Source of the DNA: Eledone cirrhosa
Lineage: Eukaryota
Direction of reading: 5' to 3'
Length of the DNA stretch: 64,000 nucleotides
Assembly: GCA_964016885.1 (NCBI GenBank)
Contig: OZ024741.1
Span: forward strand, 28,148,001 to 28,212,000
Made by a program: the position numbers and the translations under genes
Shown here: positions 50,988-63,840 of the stretch, in pieces
Position numbering within the stretch: position 1 is the stretch's first letter
Layout: each line of letters opens with the position of its first letter
The notes under the pieces: model-generated
The model's input: the letters and a program-made list of their open reading frames with translations, nothing else
What the model was told of the DNA's origin: nothing
The model's database searches: none

Positions 50988-51933
50988 CTGCAAAGAAAGA
51001 ACTGCTACAGAAACTGGCTAAGAAATGGCAAGAAAAGCCTCTGTATGGAAAATACCCAGAGCGAGCTAACAATCCTGATGTTGACAAAACTTTAACCCAT
51101 CAGTGGTTGGCATCCTCTGGACTGAAATCGGAGACTGAAGGACTGATTATATCAGCACAAGATCAGTGTCTGCCAACAAAAAATTACCAAGCCAACATAA
51201 TAAAAAATGGATGCAGCCCATTATGCCGTGTATGCAAAAAACAACCAGAGACCATTGACCATATAATTTCAATGTGCAGTCCTATAGCTCCAACCGAATA
51301 CCTAAACAGGCATGACAGAGCTGCACAATACATACATTGGATAATGTGTAAGCATTTTGACCTGCCCCATCAAAAGAATTGGTGGGAGCATCAACCACCT
51401 CCCATACTTGAAAAAGATCACATCTCAATCTTGTGGAACTTTAGCATCCAAACAGACCGAAAAATAGATGCAAATAGACCTGATATAATATTGAAGGACT
51501 TTAAAAAGAGGGTATGCCTGCTAATTGATATGTCTGTTCCAATAGACAAGAATGTATCTATAAAAACATTTGAAAAATTGAGCAAGTATAAGGACCTGGA
51601 GATAGAAATTGGAAAAATGTGGAAATTGAGAACTAAAACAATACCAGTGGTTGTAGGCGCTCTGGGAATGATACCTAAGGGGTCTAATGATTACTTATCG
51701 CAGATCCCAGGAAACCCGCGTATAGGAGAAATACAAAAGATAGTACTAATGGGAACTGCCCATATACTAAGGAAGATTCTGTCAATATAAGTACATCACA
51801 AGTCTAAACACTAAAGATGCATGTGTGAGTATGTATGTTCTTCCTTGAACATGGCGGACCTTGTTGTCTCTTGAGGTCACTGGTTGTGACTTGGTGATAA
51901 CTCGTATGAACATAAAGCAAGATAAATGCAACT

Positions 51934-51934
<1 letters not shown>
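50988..51934 (+). mobile_element. Dong-like family 2, 5'-truncated copy 3
   Basis: CRVC..ETIDHIISMC, NRPDIILKD..IDMSVP..EKLSKY; 3' UTR differs from family 1; (AAT)n on both sides. Confidence 0.88.
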
Positions 51935-51998
<64 letters not shown>

Positions 51999-51999
<1 letters not shown>

Positions 52000-54900
52000 G
52001 AAGAAGACGCACGAGGTGGTAGGTCATGAAATCGCTCCCGTAAGTTTTGAATTTCTAACATATTTAAATCATTTGTGAAATAACAACTCTTAGTACAAAT
52101 GCTACGTAAAGCATCCGGCTTGAGCCCCAAAAAGATTCGGACCCAAAATATATTGTTGCAAGGCTCAAATATTCAAATATTCAACTTTGTATTGTACATT
52201 GTATATTCAAAAAAGAAAATGGCTATAAATGGAAGAAGAACCCCCCCCCCCTCCTCTGTCTACACTATATAGAACAGCCAAACAACACCAATCTCACCAG
52301 CACCAGAAACTAGATACACCACCTACCCCATCACCTCTGTGTACACTAAGCACAACAGCCAGATAACGGCAATTTCACCACCACCACAACCAATCTCAAC
52401 ATAATAAGGATAATAATAAATACTATTATTATTGTCCCAAGTCTTAACAAAATGTTTAATCCCAACATTAAGGGAATTTAGGTCAACACATATACGCGAC
52501 TAACCCCATAGATTCACCGAACGGACATCAGTCCTTCATTGCTACCACCGCTACAACACCATCACTACTGCCATCATTACTGCCACTATCCCATCACCAC
52601 CGCCACCACTCCTTCATTGCTGCCACCGCTACAACACCATAACTACAGTAATACGATCACATCACCACCACCACTGCCTCGGTATCGACATCACCACCAC
52701 CACTGTCTCAGTATCGCTACCGCCGCTATTCTCTCCCATTGCTCCCTGCTAGTTGCTGCCACCACATTATAGAATTCCTACTAAAAAAGAGGAAGGCATC
52801 AAAATATATTGATAGACTCAAAAGAAAAAAGAAAAAACAAACATCAAAACCAAAGCAGCACAACAACAACAGCAAAAAACGAGAAAAACAAACAGAGAAA
52901 AACAAAAACAAAAAAAAACAAAAAAAAAAACGTAAAGAAAATAAGAATGAAGAGAGAAACAAGCGGACGGACAGAGAAGAGAAGGGAAAAACTAAGTCAG
53001 ACATTCGAACACTACATTACAATGAAACTTATGCTTATTTATTTTTGGGGTTTTTTCTGCCTGTGTGTTTGTTTGTTTATTTGTGTTCGTCTACAGCGTG
53101 GTGATAATGCCACACAAGAGCCAAGTGGAGCGGCGCAACCACCGGAGACGGTGAATCCACAGATGGCTATGTAACCATACATTCGCCAATCCTTGATAAG
53201 AGTGTTTAAATATCGAACCTAAACAGTTCGAATAACGGTGAAATGGAGACTAGAACGTCATGTGACAGACTCTCACCCAACAGGTGCTCCCTGGCTCAGC
53301 AGCAGGAACCTGACTGTCAACCAAATACTGCTGGTGTTGGAGGAAGAAGAAGAAGGAAAGGGGTCAGAACCAACTGGACGAAAGAATTGAATAGAACTGT
53401 TATGCAATGTTACCTGAAAAGTAACCCCAAGGAGAGGGGCTATAGGAGACGGATGCATAACATCTGGAACGAGATTGGTCTATTTAAATTAGATGAACAA
53501 AAATTGGCCGGGCAGGCTCGGGTAATAAGAACTAATGGGTGGATAAGCGAGCTGGAACTGGAGGAACTGAGCAGAGAGAATAGCTTGGAGATGGAGGGTG
53601 TAGTATGCCAGACAAACGAGCCAGCGGGAAATGAAGGTAAAGAGGTCGAGAGAACGGAGGAACCACCCGAAGCAGACAATGATCTGAATACTGAGATAAA
53701 TAATACCTGGAACAGAGATACGGCCACTGAGGAGATGAATGCTGACGGGCTAGGACAAGATTCGGTTGACATCCTAAATTTAGTGGTAGATGAATTGAAC
53801 AATGATAGTGGGAGACCTATGAACCTAAGATTTGTAGACAGGAAAAAGTTAAAAGAAACAACAGCTAAGGTAAACAAAGTCATCCCATACCTTGAGGCGA
53901 GGAACCTTCACCAGTGCAACAATATCCTCAAAGCAACAGCAAATACGGTGAGGAAACTACTTGGTATAAAAGCGAGAGGAAACAACAGACAAGAAAGAGC
54001 AGAGCCTTGGTGGAAGAAACGACAAGGAAATGAGAAATGACATAGGAAAGCTTGAGTCACTACTGAATGGGACACTAAAAACATAGGCACTAAAAATAGA
54101 CTGGAAATAAAGTACAAAACTAGGAGGAAAAAGCTAAATATTATCATAGAGGAACTGAAGCAACGCATTGTAGCAAAGAGTGCAAAAATCAGGCGATACG
54201 AGAACAGAGTCAGTCAGTATAAACAGAACCGCATGTTCGATAACAACCAGAAGATGCTGTTTGGACAGCTTGAGGGGGAAAGAAAGAGGCAACGACTTGA
54301 TCCCTGAGGCGGAACAAACTAAAACATTCTGGAAAGGAATATGGGAGCAGGATGTTAGACATAATGACCAGGCGGGGTGGATTGAGACAGTACAAAAGGA
54401 GATTAGTGAACAGGCACACCAACAAACTGATTTGAGTATCACAGTTGAAACTCTTAAGGGGCAGGCCAAAAAACTAACCAACTGGAAATCACCAGGCCCA
54501 GATGGTGTGCAGGGGTATTGGATTAAAAATTTAACATCCCACCACCCGAAACTGACGGCCATGTTCAATGACTGCTTGGTGTCGGGTGAGGTGCCAGAGT
54601 GGTTGACAAAAGGTAACACAGTTCTGATAATGAAAGACCGAATCAAGGGTAATGATGTTACCAACTATAGACCTATCACATGTCTGTCCGTAATGTGGAA
54701 ACTGTTGACGAGCATTGTGTCTGAGGAAATCTACCATCACCTCCACACAAACAACTTGTTACCGGACGAACAGAAAGGATGCCGAAAGAAGTCACGTGGT
54801 ACAAAGGACCAGTTACTTATTGATAAGATGGTAATGGGGAATTGCAGGAGGAGACACACTGATCTTGCCATGGGATGGATAGACTACAGAAAAGCATTTG

Positions 54901-56693
54901 ACATGGTGCCTCATTCTTGGATCACCAAAAGCCTGGAGATCTTCAGGGTGGCAGATAACATCAGACAGTTACTGGGCAGAAGTATGGGGTCCTGGGAGAC
55001 AGAGTTGACATCAACTGGAGAATCCTTGGGAAGCGTGAAGATCAAGAGAGGTATCTTCCAGGGAGATAGCCTGTCCCCTCTGTTGTTTGTCCTTGCCCTG
55101 ATGCCCTTGACCATTATGCTGCGAAAAGTGAGAGCAGGATACAAGTTGGGAAAGGGGGAGCTTACCATCAATCACCTCCTCTTCATGGACGATCTTAAGC
55201 TCTTCGGGAAGAGTGAGAAGGAGTTGGATGTACTTGTTGACACTGTCCGTATTTTCAGCAGTGATATATGTATGCAGTTTGGTATTAGTAAGTGTGGAGT
55301 CATTGTGATGAGGAGGGGTAAGTTGAGCAGAAGCAACGGAATCCAGATACCAACAGGTGAGATGATAAAGGACATTGACTCTGAGGAAGGATACAAGTAT
55401 TTGGGCGTTCTGGAGGCTGATGGCATAAAGAACAAAACAATGAAGGAATTGTTAAGAACTGAATACATTCGGAGAGTAAGGAGCGTATTGAAGTCACATC
55501 TGAACAGCAGAAATGCCATAAGCGCAGTAAATTCCCGAGCTGTGTCCATTATTCGGTACAGTGCGGGAATTCTGAGATGGAATGTTGCTGAACAAAAAGA
55601 AATGGATAGGAAGACTAGGAAGCTATTGACTATCTACAACATGTTCCACAAGACGAGTGATGTCGATAGACTCTACCTAAGGAGATCTGAGGGTGGAAGA
55701 GGTCTCATCAGCATAGAGGACTGTCTTCAGATGGAGAAAAACAACCTACACAAATACGTGACTGATAGTAAGGAGCCAATGATCAGAACTGTACTGAAGG
55801 AGGGGACAATAGGCCAGGGGATGTCCAAGGAGGAAATAACATCAAGGAGAAAGAGCAGCCTTCAGGGAAAATCCCTTCATAGTACCTTCTTTGAGAAAAC
55901 TGAATTTAGAGATCCACAGACATGGAACTGGTTGAGAAGAGGAGACCTCAAAAAGGCTACAGAAGGAATGTTAATGGCTGCGCAGGAGCAGGCCCTCAAA
56001 ACGAAGTGGCTGAAACACCATATTTACAAGGAGGAGGCTAGCCCACTGTGCAGGATCTGTGGAGAGAGAGAGGAGACGGTGGCTCACATTATATCCGAGT
56101 GTAAACACCTAGCCCAGACCCACTATAGGGCTGGAGACATGATGTGATGGGCAGGGTGATCCACTGGCACCTGTGCAAAGTAAACAATTTACCACATTCT
56201 GAGAAATGGTATGAGCATAGGCCAGAGGCGGTGATGGAGAACGATCAGGTGAAGGTGCTGTGGGATTTTAGGATACAGACGGACAAGAAACTGGAACACA
56301 ATAGACCTGACCTGGTGGTTGTGGACAAAGAAAAAAGATCGTGTCTGATTGTGGATGTGGCCTGCCCATTCGACACGAGAGTGCAAGAGAAGGAGAGGGA
56401 GAAAATTAAGCGATACCAGGACTTAAAGTGGGAGGTAAAAAGGATTTGGAAATGCCATAAAGTCAAAGTGATCCCGATTGTCATAGGCGCACTGGGGACT
56501 ATCTTCAAAAGTTTCCTGGGATGGTTAAAGAAAATCGGCCCCTTCACGCTTTTTGGAACGCTTCAAAAGGCATGCTTGCTGGGAACAGCAAGAACCCTCC
56601 GATACGTCCTGAATATCTGAGGCTGCAGGTAGTGGCTTGATATTCATTCTAACGGACTTTCCAGTTAACCAACATCAATGACTGAGATTCAAG

Positions 56694-56694
<1 letters not shown>
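51999..56694 (+). mobile_element. Near full-length Dong-like family 1 copy 4 (5' boundary uncertain: 51999 or ~53097)
   Basis: ORF from 53243; no pure (AAT)n between 51999 and the ORF; 3' (AAT)n tail. Confidence 0.8.
53243..56620 (+). pseudogene. Dong-like single ORF (N-terminal domain, RT, zinc finger, RLE) with ~3 frameshifts
   Basis: NWTKELN..MQCY..GYRRRM..IW N-terminal block; YRPITCL, FQGDSLSP, FMDD; breaks near 54025, 54275 and 56127. Confidence 0.88.
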
Positions 56695-56768
<74 letters not shown>

Positions 56769-56772
<4 letters not shown>

Positions 56773-57266
56773 AAATGGTATGAGCATAAGCCAGAGGCGG
56801 TGATGGAGAACGATCAGGTGAAGGTGCTGTGGGATTTTAGGATACAGACGGACAAGAAACTGGAACACAATAGACCTGACCTGGTGGTTTTGGACAAAGA
56901 AAAAAAGATCGTGCCTGATTGTGGATGTGGCCTGCCCATTCGACACGAGAGTGCAAGAGAAGGAGAGGGAGAAAATTAACCGATACCAGGACTTAAAGTG
57001 GCAGGTAAAAAGGATTTGGAACTGCCATGAAGTCAAAGTGATCCCGATTGTCATAGGCGCACTAGGGACTATCTCAAAAAGTTTCCAGGGATGGTTAAAG
57101 AAAATTGGCCCCTTCACGCTTTTTGGAACGCTTCAAAAGGCATGCTTGCTTGGAACAGCAAGAACCCTCCGATACGTCCTGAATATCTGAGGCTGCAGGT
57201 AGTGGCTTGACATTCATCTCAACAAACTTTCCAGTTAACTAACATCAATGACTGAGACTCAAAGAG
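56769..57266 (+). mobile_element. Dong-like family 1, short 3' copy 5
   Basis: RLE region plus the same 3' UTR; (AAT)n flanks. Confidence 0.88.
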
Positions 57267-57303
57267 TAATAACAATAATAATAATAATAATTATTATAAT
57301 AAT

Positions 57304-58135
57304 GCTTTCTTTATTAACCACAAGGGTTTACATAAAGTAGACATTAAGGACAGTGCAGGACAATACAGGACGGTACAAATGGGCATTTCTGCGTGTAAAA
57401 AGAACCAGAGGATGTAATAAAAAATAACAATGAAAAATTCCCCAATAGGGGGGAGACTTCCGAGAGACATTTGTGGAGAAAGCCCATTAAAAGGCCACAG
57501 TGACCCTGACCACCAGGGTAAGTGCCCTCTCCCAGTTTTCCACCTTTAATTTACAGACACATACTCAGAGTAGGCCCATTCACTCGGGCCATTCTTGCTT
57601 CTCTCACCCATCTTTCAACAAAATGCTGGGAAGAGAGCACTTCCCTCTCTACCCTGATTTTCCTTTTCAAATGAAATTTGAAAAAGTTAATCAGAGCATC
57701 ACCGAAGAGGTAAGCGCTCGTCTTCAGCACTTTCAAACGTGTCCACATACTATCTCTTTCGCCATGGCCACCAGGCAGATAAAAACTGCCTGCCCTTCCC
57801 GGCTAAAGGAAGAGGGCGGGGCAATCCTCACGATGGACTCAACTGATAGCTGGATCCGTCCTACACGTGACAGCAGGTGTTCGACATAAACCCACAAGTC
57901 ATGCTCGGACACTGGACGAGTGCGTGCAGGACGGTTTCGTCGCCCTGCGCGCATCTCGGACATTCCCGACTGACGGCACCTCCATGCCTGTAGAGTTTAT
58001 CCCGAACTGGCAAAGCTCCTCGGTAGCACTGCCAGGCCAGGGATTTCTGGAAGTTGTCCATAGGCCACGGCTCGAAAGTCCTTCCGAAGAGATTGGCTAG
58101 TTGATTTTCGTCGACGCCTAGAGTTTCTCCAAGTA
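57304..58135 (-). mobile_element. 5'-truncated, diverged copy E of the Tx1-C family
   Basis: Colinear with ~36276..37128; flanked by degenerate (AAT)n. Confidence 0.9.
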
Positions 58136-58152
58136 ATTATAATTATAATAAT

Positions 58153-60861
58153 AAGAGAACCTTGGTGGAAGAAACGACTGAATGGTCAAATCAGGGAAAT
58201 GAGAAATGACATTGGAAAGCTTGAGTCCCTACTGAATGGGACACTAAAAAACATAGACACTAAAAATAGACTGGAAATAAAGTACAAAACTAGGAGGAAA
58301 AAGCTAAATATTATCATAGAGGAACTGAAGCAACGCATTGTAGCAAAGAGTGCAAAGATTAGGCGATACGAGAGCAGAGTCAGTCAGTATAGACAGAACT
58401 GCATGTTTGACAACAACCAGAAGATGTTGTTTGGACAGCTTGAAGGGAAAGAAAGAGGCAACGACTTGATCCCTGAGGCGGAACAAACTAAGATATTCTG
58501 GAGAGGAATATGGGAGCACGATGTTAAACATAATGATCAGGCAGTGTGGATTGAGACAGTACAAAAGGAGATTAGTGAACAGGCACACCAACAAACTGAT
58601 TTGAGTATCACAGTTGAAACTCTTAAGGGGCAGGCCAGAAAACTAACCAACTGGAAATCACCAGGCCCAGATGGTGTGCAGGGGTATTGGATTAAAAATA
58701 TAACATCCCTCCACCCGAAACTGACAACCATGTTCAATGACTGCTTGATGTCAGGTGAGGTACCAGAGTGGTTGACAAAAGGTACCACAGTTCTGGTATT
58801 GAAAGACCGAACCAAGGGTAATGATGTTACCAACTATAGACCTATCACATGTCTGTCCGTAATGTGGAAACTGTTAACAAGCATTGTGTCTGAGGAAATC
58901 TACCATCACCTCCACATAAACAACTTGTTACCGGACGTACAGAAAGGATGCCGAAAGAAGTCCCGTGGTACAAAGGACCAGTTACTTATTGATAAGATGG
59001 TAATGAGGAATTGCGGGAGGAGACACACTGGTCTTGCCATGTGATGGATAGACTACAAAAAGGCATTCGACATGGTACCTCATTCTTGGATAACCAAAAG
59101 CCTAGAGATCTTCAGGGTGGCAGATAACATCAGACAGTTGTTGAGCAAAAGTATGAAGTCCGGGGAAACAGAGTTAACATCGGGTGGAGAATCCTTGGAA
59201 GGCGTGAAGATCAAGAGAGGTATCTTCCAGGGAGATAGTTTGTCCCCTCTGTTGTTTGTCCTTGCCCTGATCCTCCTGACCATTATACTGCGAAAAATGA
59301 GAGCAGGATACAAGTTGGGAAAGGGAGAGCTTACCATCAATCACCTCCTCTTCATGGACGATCTTAAGCTCTTCGGGAAGAGTGAGAAGGAGTTGGATGT
59401 ACTTGTTGACACTGTCCGTATTTTCAGCAATGATATATGTATGCAATTTGGTATTAGTAAGTGTGGAGTCCTTGTGTTGAAGAGGGGTAAATTGAGCAGA
59501 AGCAACGGAATCCAGGTACCAACAGGTGAGACGATAAAGGAAATTGATACTGAAGAAGGATACAAATATTTAGGTGTTCTGAAGGCTGATGACATCAAGA
59601 ACAAAAAAATGAAGGAATTGATAAGATCTGAATACATTCGGAGAGTAAGGAGCGTATTAAAATCACATCTAAATAGTAAGAATGTCATAAGTGCAGTAAA
59701 TTTCCGAGCTGTGTCTATTATTAGGTACAATGCGGGAATTCTGATATGGAATGTTGCTGAACAAAAAGAAATGGATAGGAAGACTAGGAAGCTATTGACT
59801 ATCTACAACATGTTCCACAAGAGGAGTGATGTCGATAGACTCTACTTAAGGAGATATGAAGGGGGAAGATTACTTATCAGCATAGAGGACTGTGTTCAGA
59901 TGGAGAAAAACAACCTATACAAATACGTGACTGATAGTAGGGAGCCAATGCTCAGAATTGTACTGAAGGAGGGGACAATAGACCAGGGGATGTCCAAGGA
60001 GGAAATAACAACAAGGAGAAAGAGCAACCTTCATGAAAAATCCCTTCATAGTAACTTCTTTGAGAAAACTGAATTCAGAGATCCACAGACATGGAACTGA
60101 TTGAAAAGAGGAGACCTTAAAAAGGCTACAGATGGAATGCTAATGGCTGCACAAGAGCAGGCCCTCAAAACGAAGTGGCTGAAACACCATATTTACAAGG
60201 AGGAGGCTAGTCCACTGTGTAGGATCTGTGGAGAGAGAGAGGAGACTGTGGCTCACATTGTATCCGAGTGTAAACACCTAGCCCAGACTCACTATAAAGG
60301 CTGGAGACATGATGTGATGGCAGGGTGATCCACTGGCACCTATGCAAAGTAAACAATTTACCACATTCTGAGAAGTGGTACGAGCATAAGCCAGAGTTGG
60401 TGATAGAAAACGATCAGGTGAAGGTGCTGTGGGATTTTAGGATACAGACGGACAAGAAACTGGAACACAATAGACCTGACCTGGTGGTTTTGGATAAGGG
60501 AAAAAGATCGTGCCTGATTGTGGATGTGGCCTGCCCATTCGACACGAGAGTGCAAGAGAAGGAGAGGGAGAAAATTAACCGATACCAGGACTTAAAGTGG
60601 GAGGTAAAAAGGATTTGGAACTGCCATGGGGTCAAAGTGGTCCCGATTATCATAGGCGCACTAGGTACTATCACAAAGAGTTTCCAAGTATGGTTAAAGA
60701 AAATTGGTCCCGTCCCGCTTTTTGGAACACTTCAAGGCATGCTTGCTGGGAACAGCAAGAACCCTCCGATACGTCCTGAATATCTGAGGCTGTAGGTAGT
60801 GGCTTGATATTCATTTCAACAAACTTTCCAGTTAACCAACATCAATGACTGAGACTCAAAG
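58153..60861 (+). mobile_element. Dong-like family 1, 5'-truncated decayed copy 6
   Basis: RT, zinc finger and RLE with stops at ~59044 and ~60100 plus frameshifts; impure (AAT)n tail. Confidence 0.9.
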
Positions 60862-61805
60862 AACAATAATAATAATGATAATAATAATATAATAATAATA
60901 ATATCATATTATTAATATTCGGTTTGTTTACAAGTAAACAGCCTCATAAGAGCAAAAACAAATTTTTTTTAAGGACACAGACTTTTATGTTTATGGTGAT
61001 GTAATGAATGCTTTATTTTGTCAGATGATAAATAACTGTCTTATTTCATTAGTCATTGTTAAGTCACAATCTCCACACTTTCTTAAGCCTATATGTTCTA
61101 AGATGACATTTGTAACCAGCAAATAATTTACAAATTCTAGAGTTGACTTATCAGACCTATACAACCCCAGAGGAGTGATTCTATCTGTGATATTAATGCT
61201 TTGTGTACTACCATATGTCTTTACTGTGGGAGTTATACACTTTGCTGCATGCTGCACAAGTAGTATTTCGGAGACATGGAGTTAAGATAATGGTCCGTAT
61301 ATTTTTGATGTATGTGTGTAAATTCATGACAATTACTTAGCCTGCTTTCGATAGAAGAGTCCAACCACTTGGCTTTACAGTTGCTACTCTTCAGGTAAGG
61401 AGAGTTCCACGTCGACATGTTTAATCTGATTTCTTTCCAGTCACTCCGAATAGAATGTTTGAATCACATTGATTAACTTCTAACTCTTCTCAATCACTCA
61501 CATTGTAAAGTCACGTGGCCTATTGATTAGCGTGTTGGGTTTCATGTTGCCCCTTCTGCCAGCAATAACAGACCAGCAGATCGTACCGTCTATGGAAAAA
61601 CTAACAAAAACATTGCTTTCTTCGTCCGACCTAACGATCTAATGATTTCTAACATAAATACAAAACCAGACTTTTGGTGGTGGTGGTGGTGGTTGGGACA
61701 GTCGATTACATTGACCCTAGTATTTGACATCTTTTTTATTGGCCCACGGAAGAATGAAATGTGAAGACGATGTGAATTCAGAAATTTAAGGGACCACCAA
61801 CTATA

Positions 61806-61990
61806 ATTGTTTCTACTTTGGCACAAGGCCAGCAATTATCACAGTACATTACTGGTACTTTATTTTATCGACCCCGTAAGGATGAAAGGCAAAGTTAACC
61901 TCGGCGGGATTTGAACTCAGACCATAAAGGGGCGTAACTCTTTCCTGCAAAACATGGCGTCCGACCGTCTACCGACACTGCCAATCCACC
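61806..61990 (-). mobile_element. tRNA-derived SINE
   Basis: Reverse complement of the family consensus. Confidence 0.85.
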
Positions 61991-62159
61991 AACTCTAATA
62001 ATAGCAAATGTGTGTGTATTTTTATATATTTGTCCGTCAGGCATTAACGGAAGATGACTGAGGAAGGAAGGGGTGGTAATAAAACTATAGAAAACAGTCA
62101 CCAGAGTTCTAAGATTCGCTACACGTGTGAGTGTATAAGTAGCGAACTGGCTACACACA

Positions 62160-62349
62160 TTGGTTATTGGCAGTATCGGTAGAGGGTCGGACGCCATGCT
62201 TTGCAGCACAGAGTTACGTCCCTTTATGGTCTGAGTTCAAATCCCGCCAAGGTTAACTTTGCCTTTCATCCTTACGGGGTCGATAAAATAAAGTACCAGT
62301 AATGAACTGAATAATTGGCGGCCTTGTGCCAAAAGTAGAAACAATTATT
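62160..62349 (+). mobile_element. tRNA-derived SINE
   Basis: A/B boxes, central block, tail agtagaaacaattatt. Confidence 0.85.
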
Positions 62350-62489
62350 GTGTTAGTGTTTATGTGTTTATATCACTTATTGTGAGTGTATGTGTGTGAG
62401 TATATGTATGTTTGTGTGAATATATTTATACTTGTGTGAGCGTATGTGTGTATGTGCGTTTATATTCAAATACTCACACACACACACAA

Positions 62490-62528
<39 letters not shown>

Positions 62529-62712
62529 GGAAAAGAGTCAGGACACTGACGGCTGAGCTCCGGCCGTTTCGACCGTTTCATTCGGAAGAAATCATCAGGA
62601 AAGCCCAAGTTCTAGTACTGTAGAAGCCATTTCTATATTAAATATTTATACTCTGCTATGTATTGAGTACCTTACTTACTGTGGTTACCCCCGATTGAAC
62701 CCGGGGTTAACT
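62529..62712. mobile_element. pLTR-like module related to 5333..5826, with a minimal HHR on the minus strand (62567..62602)
   Basis: 62610..62712 is homologous to the reverse complement of ~5339..5438; minus strand TTTC-CTGATGA-TTTCTTCCGAAT-GAAA-CGG-TC-GAAA. Confidence 0.6.
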
Positions 62713-62749
62713 CCCCCCCCCCATATATATATATATATAGAGAGAGAGA

Positions 62750-63260
62750 GAGTTCAAATGGGAGTGGTGAGGGGGATGGGGAATTGTAAGCTAGAGACAA
62801 ATTCTCACAAAATAAGAAAGAAAAAATTGCTCATTCACATATTTTCCAAAAATTCCTGTTTGAAAGCCTAATACTCTGCTCTGTTTTTTTTTAAGTTTCC
62901 CACCACAAAGGGACCTGTGACAGACAGGCTGAAAAACACATATACCACAACCCCCCACACACATGTGTGTATTTTTATATATACACCCTCATAACCATAA
63001 TAGAATAATAATTGTTTCTACTTTTGGTACAAGGCCAGCAATTACCCTGTGTTTTACTGGTACTTTATTTTATCGACCCCATAAGGATGAAAGGCAAAGT
63101 TAATCTCGGCGGGATTTGAACTCAGAATGGCAAGGCGTCAGAAATGCGTCAAAGCATGGCGTCCGACCCTCTACCGATACTGGCAATCCACCGAATTTCT
63201 TTGCCATAGAATTTGTCTCTAGCTTTCAATTCCCCACCCCTCGCCACCCCATTTGAACTC
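62750..63260. mobile_element. MITE-like element with ~55-bp imperfect TIRs containing a SINE
   Basis: 62750..62805 vs 63208..63260 inverted; no clear TSD. Confidence 0.55.
63010..63193 (-). mobile_element. tRNA-derived SINE
   Basis: Reverse complement of the family consensus. Confidence 0.85.
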
Positions 63261-63683
63261 TTGACCAGTCAATTAATACAATCAGATATAAACACACATA
63301 TTTACAGAATATTTCCTTTGCCCTCAATAAACAATTTTGTTCTGTGAAGAAACACAACTACCAACCTGCTGCTACTATCATGACTACACACGCCTCTCTC
63401 TATTAACAAGAACTCATTCTCCAGCCCACCTCTGAGCAAGGAAGATGGAAAAAACTTACTCCACACTTAATGTTAAATATTTAATTTTTAGTTTTTAATT
63501 CTTATTAATTCTTTTTAATTGTAATACTCAACATTTAATAAGATGAATTTTAATAATACATCGAAACCGGTAATACTTTATATACTTTATATACTTTATA
63601 TACATTGTAAAACTTTTTTTAAAAAGAATTGTCCCTCTCACTTTTTCAATAATGTCACTTTGACGAATTAAAGAAAGGATAAA

Positions 63684-63783
63684 AAAAAAAGAAAAACAGA
63701 GCCTAAAATATATTTTCCGTGCTATTTCCAACTTCACCTTTTCTCTATCCACTGTTTTGTATAGAACCTTACTTCCCTTTTCT

Positions 63784-63840
<57 letters not shown>

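Noticed and set aside
53097-53200. HDV-like ribozyme at the Dong 5' region
   Set aside because: Nested hairpins are visible, but I could not assign the P1/P1.1/P2/P3 double pseudoknot; kept only as a structured leader.
61021-61418. Cys-containing minus-strand ORFs as a host or transposase exon
   Set aside because: Short, stop-interrupted, with no motif I can identify.
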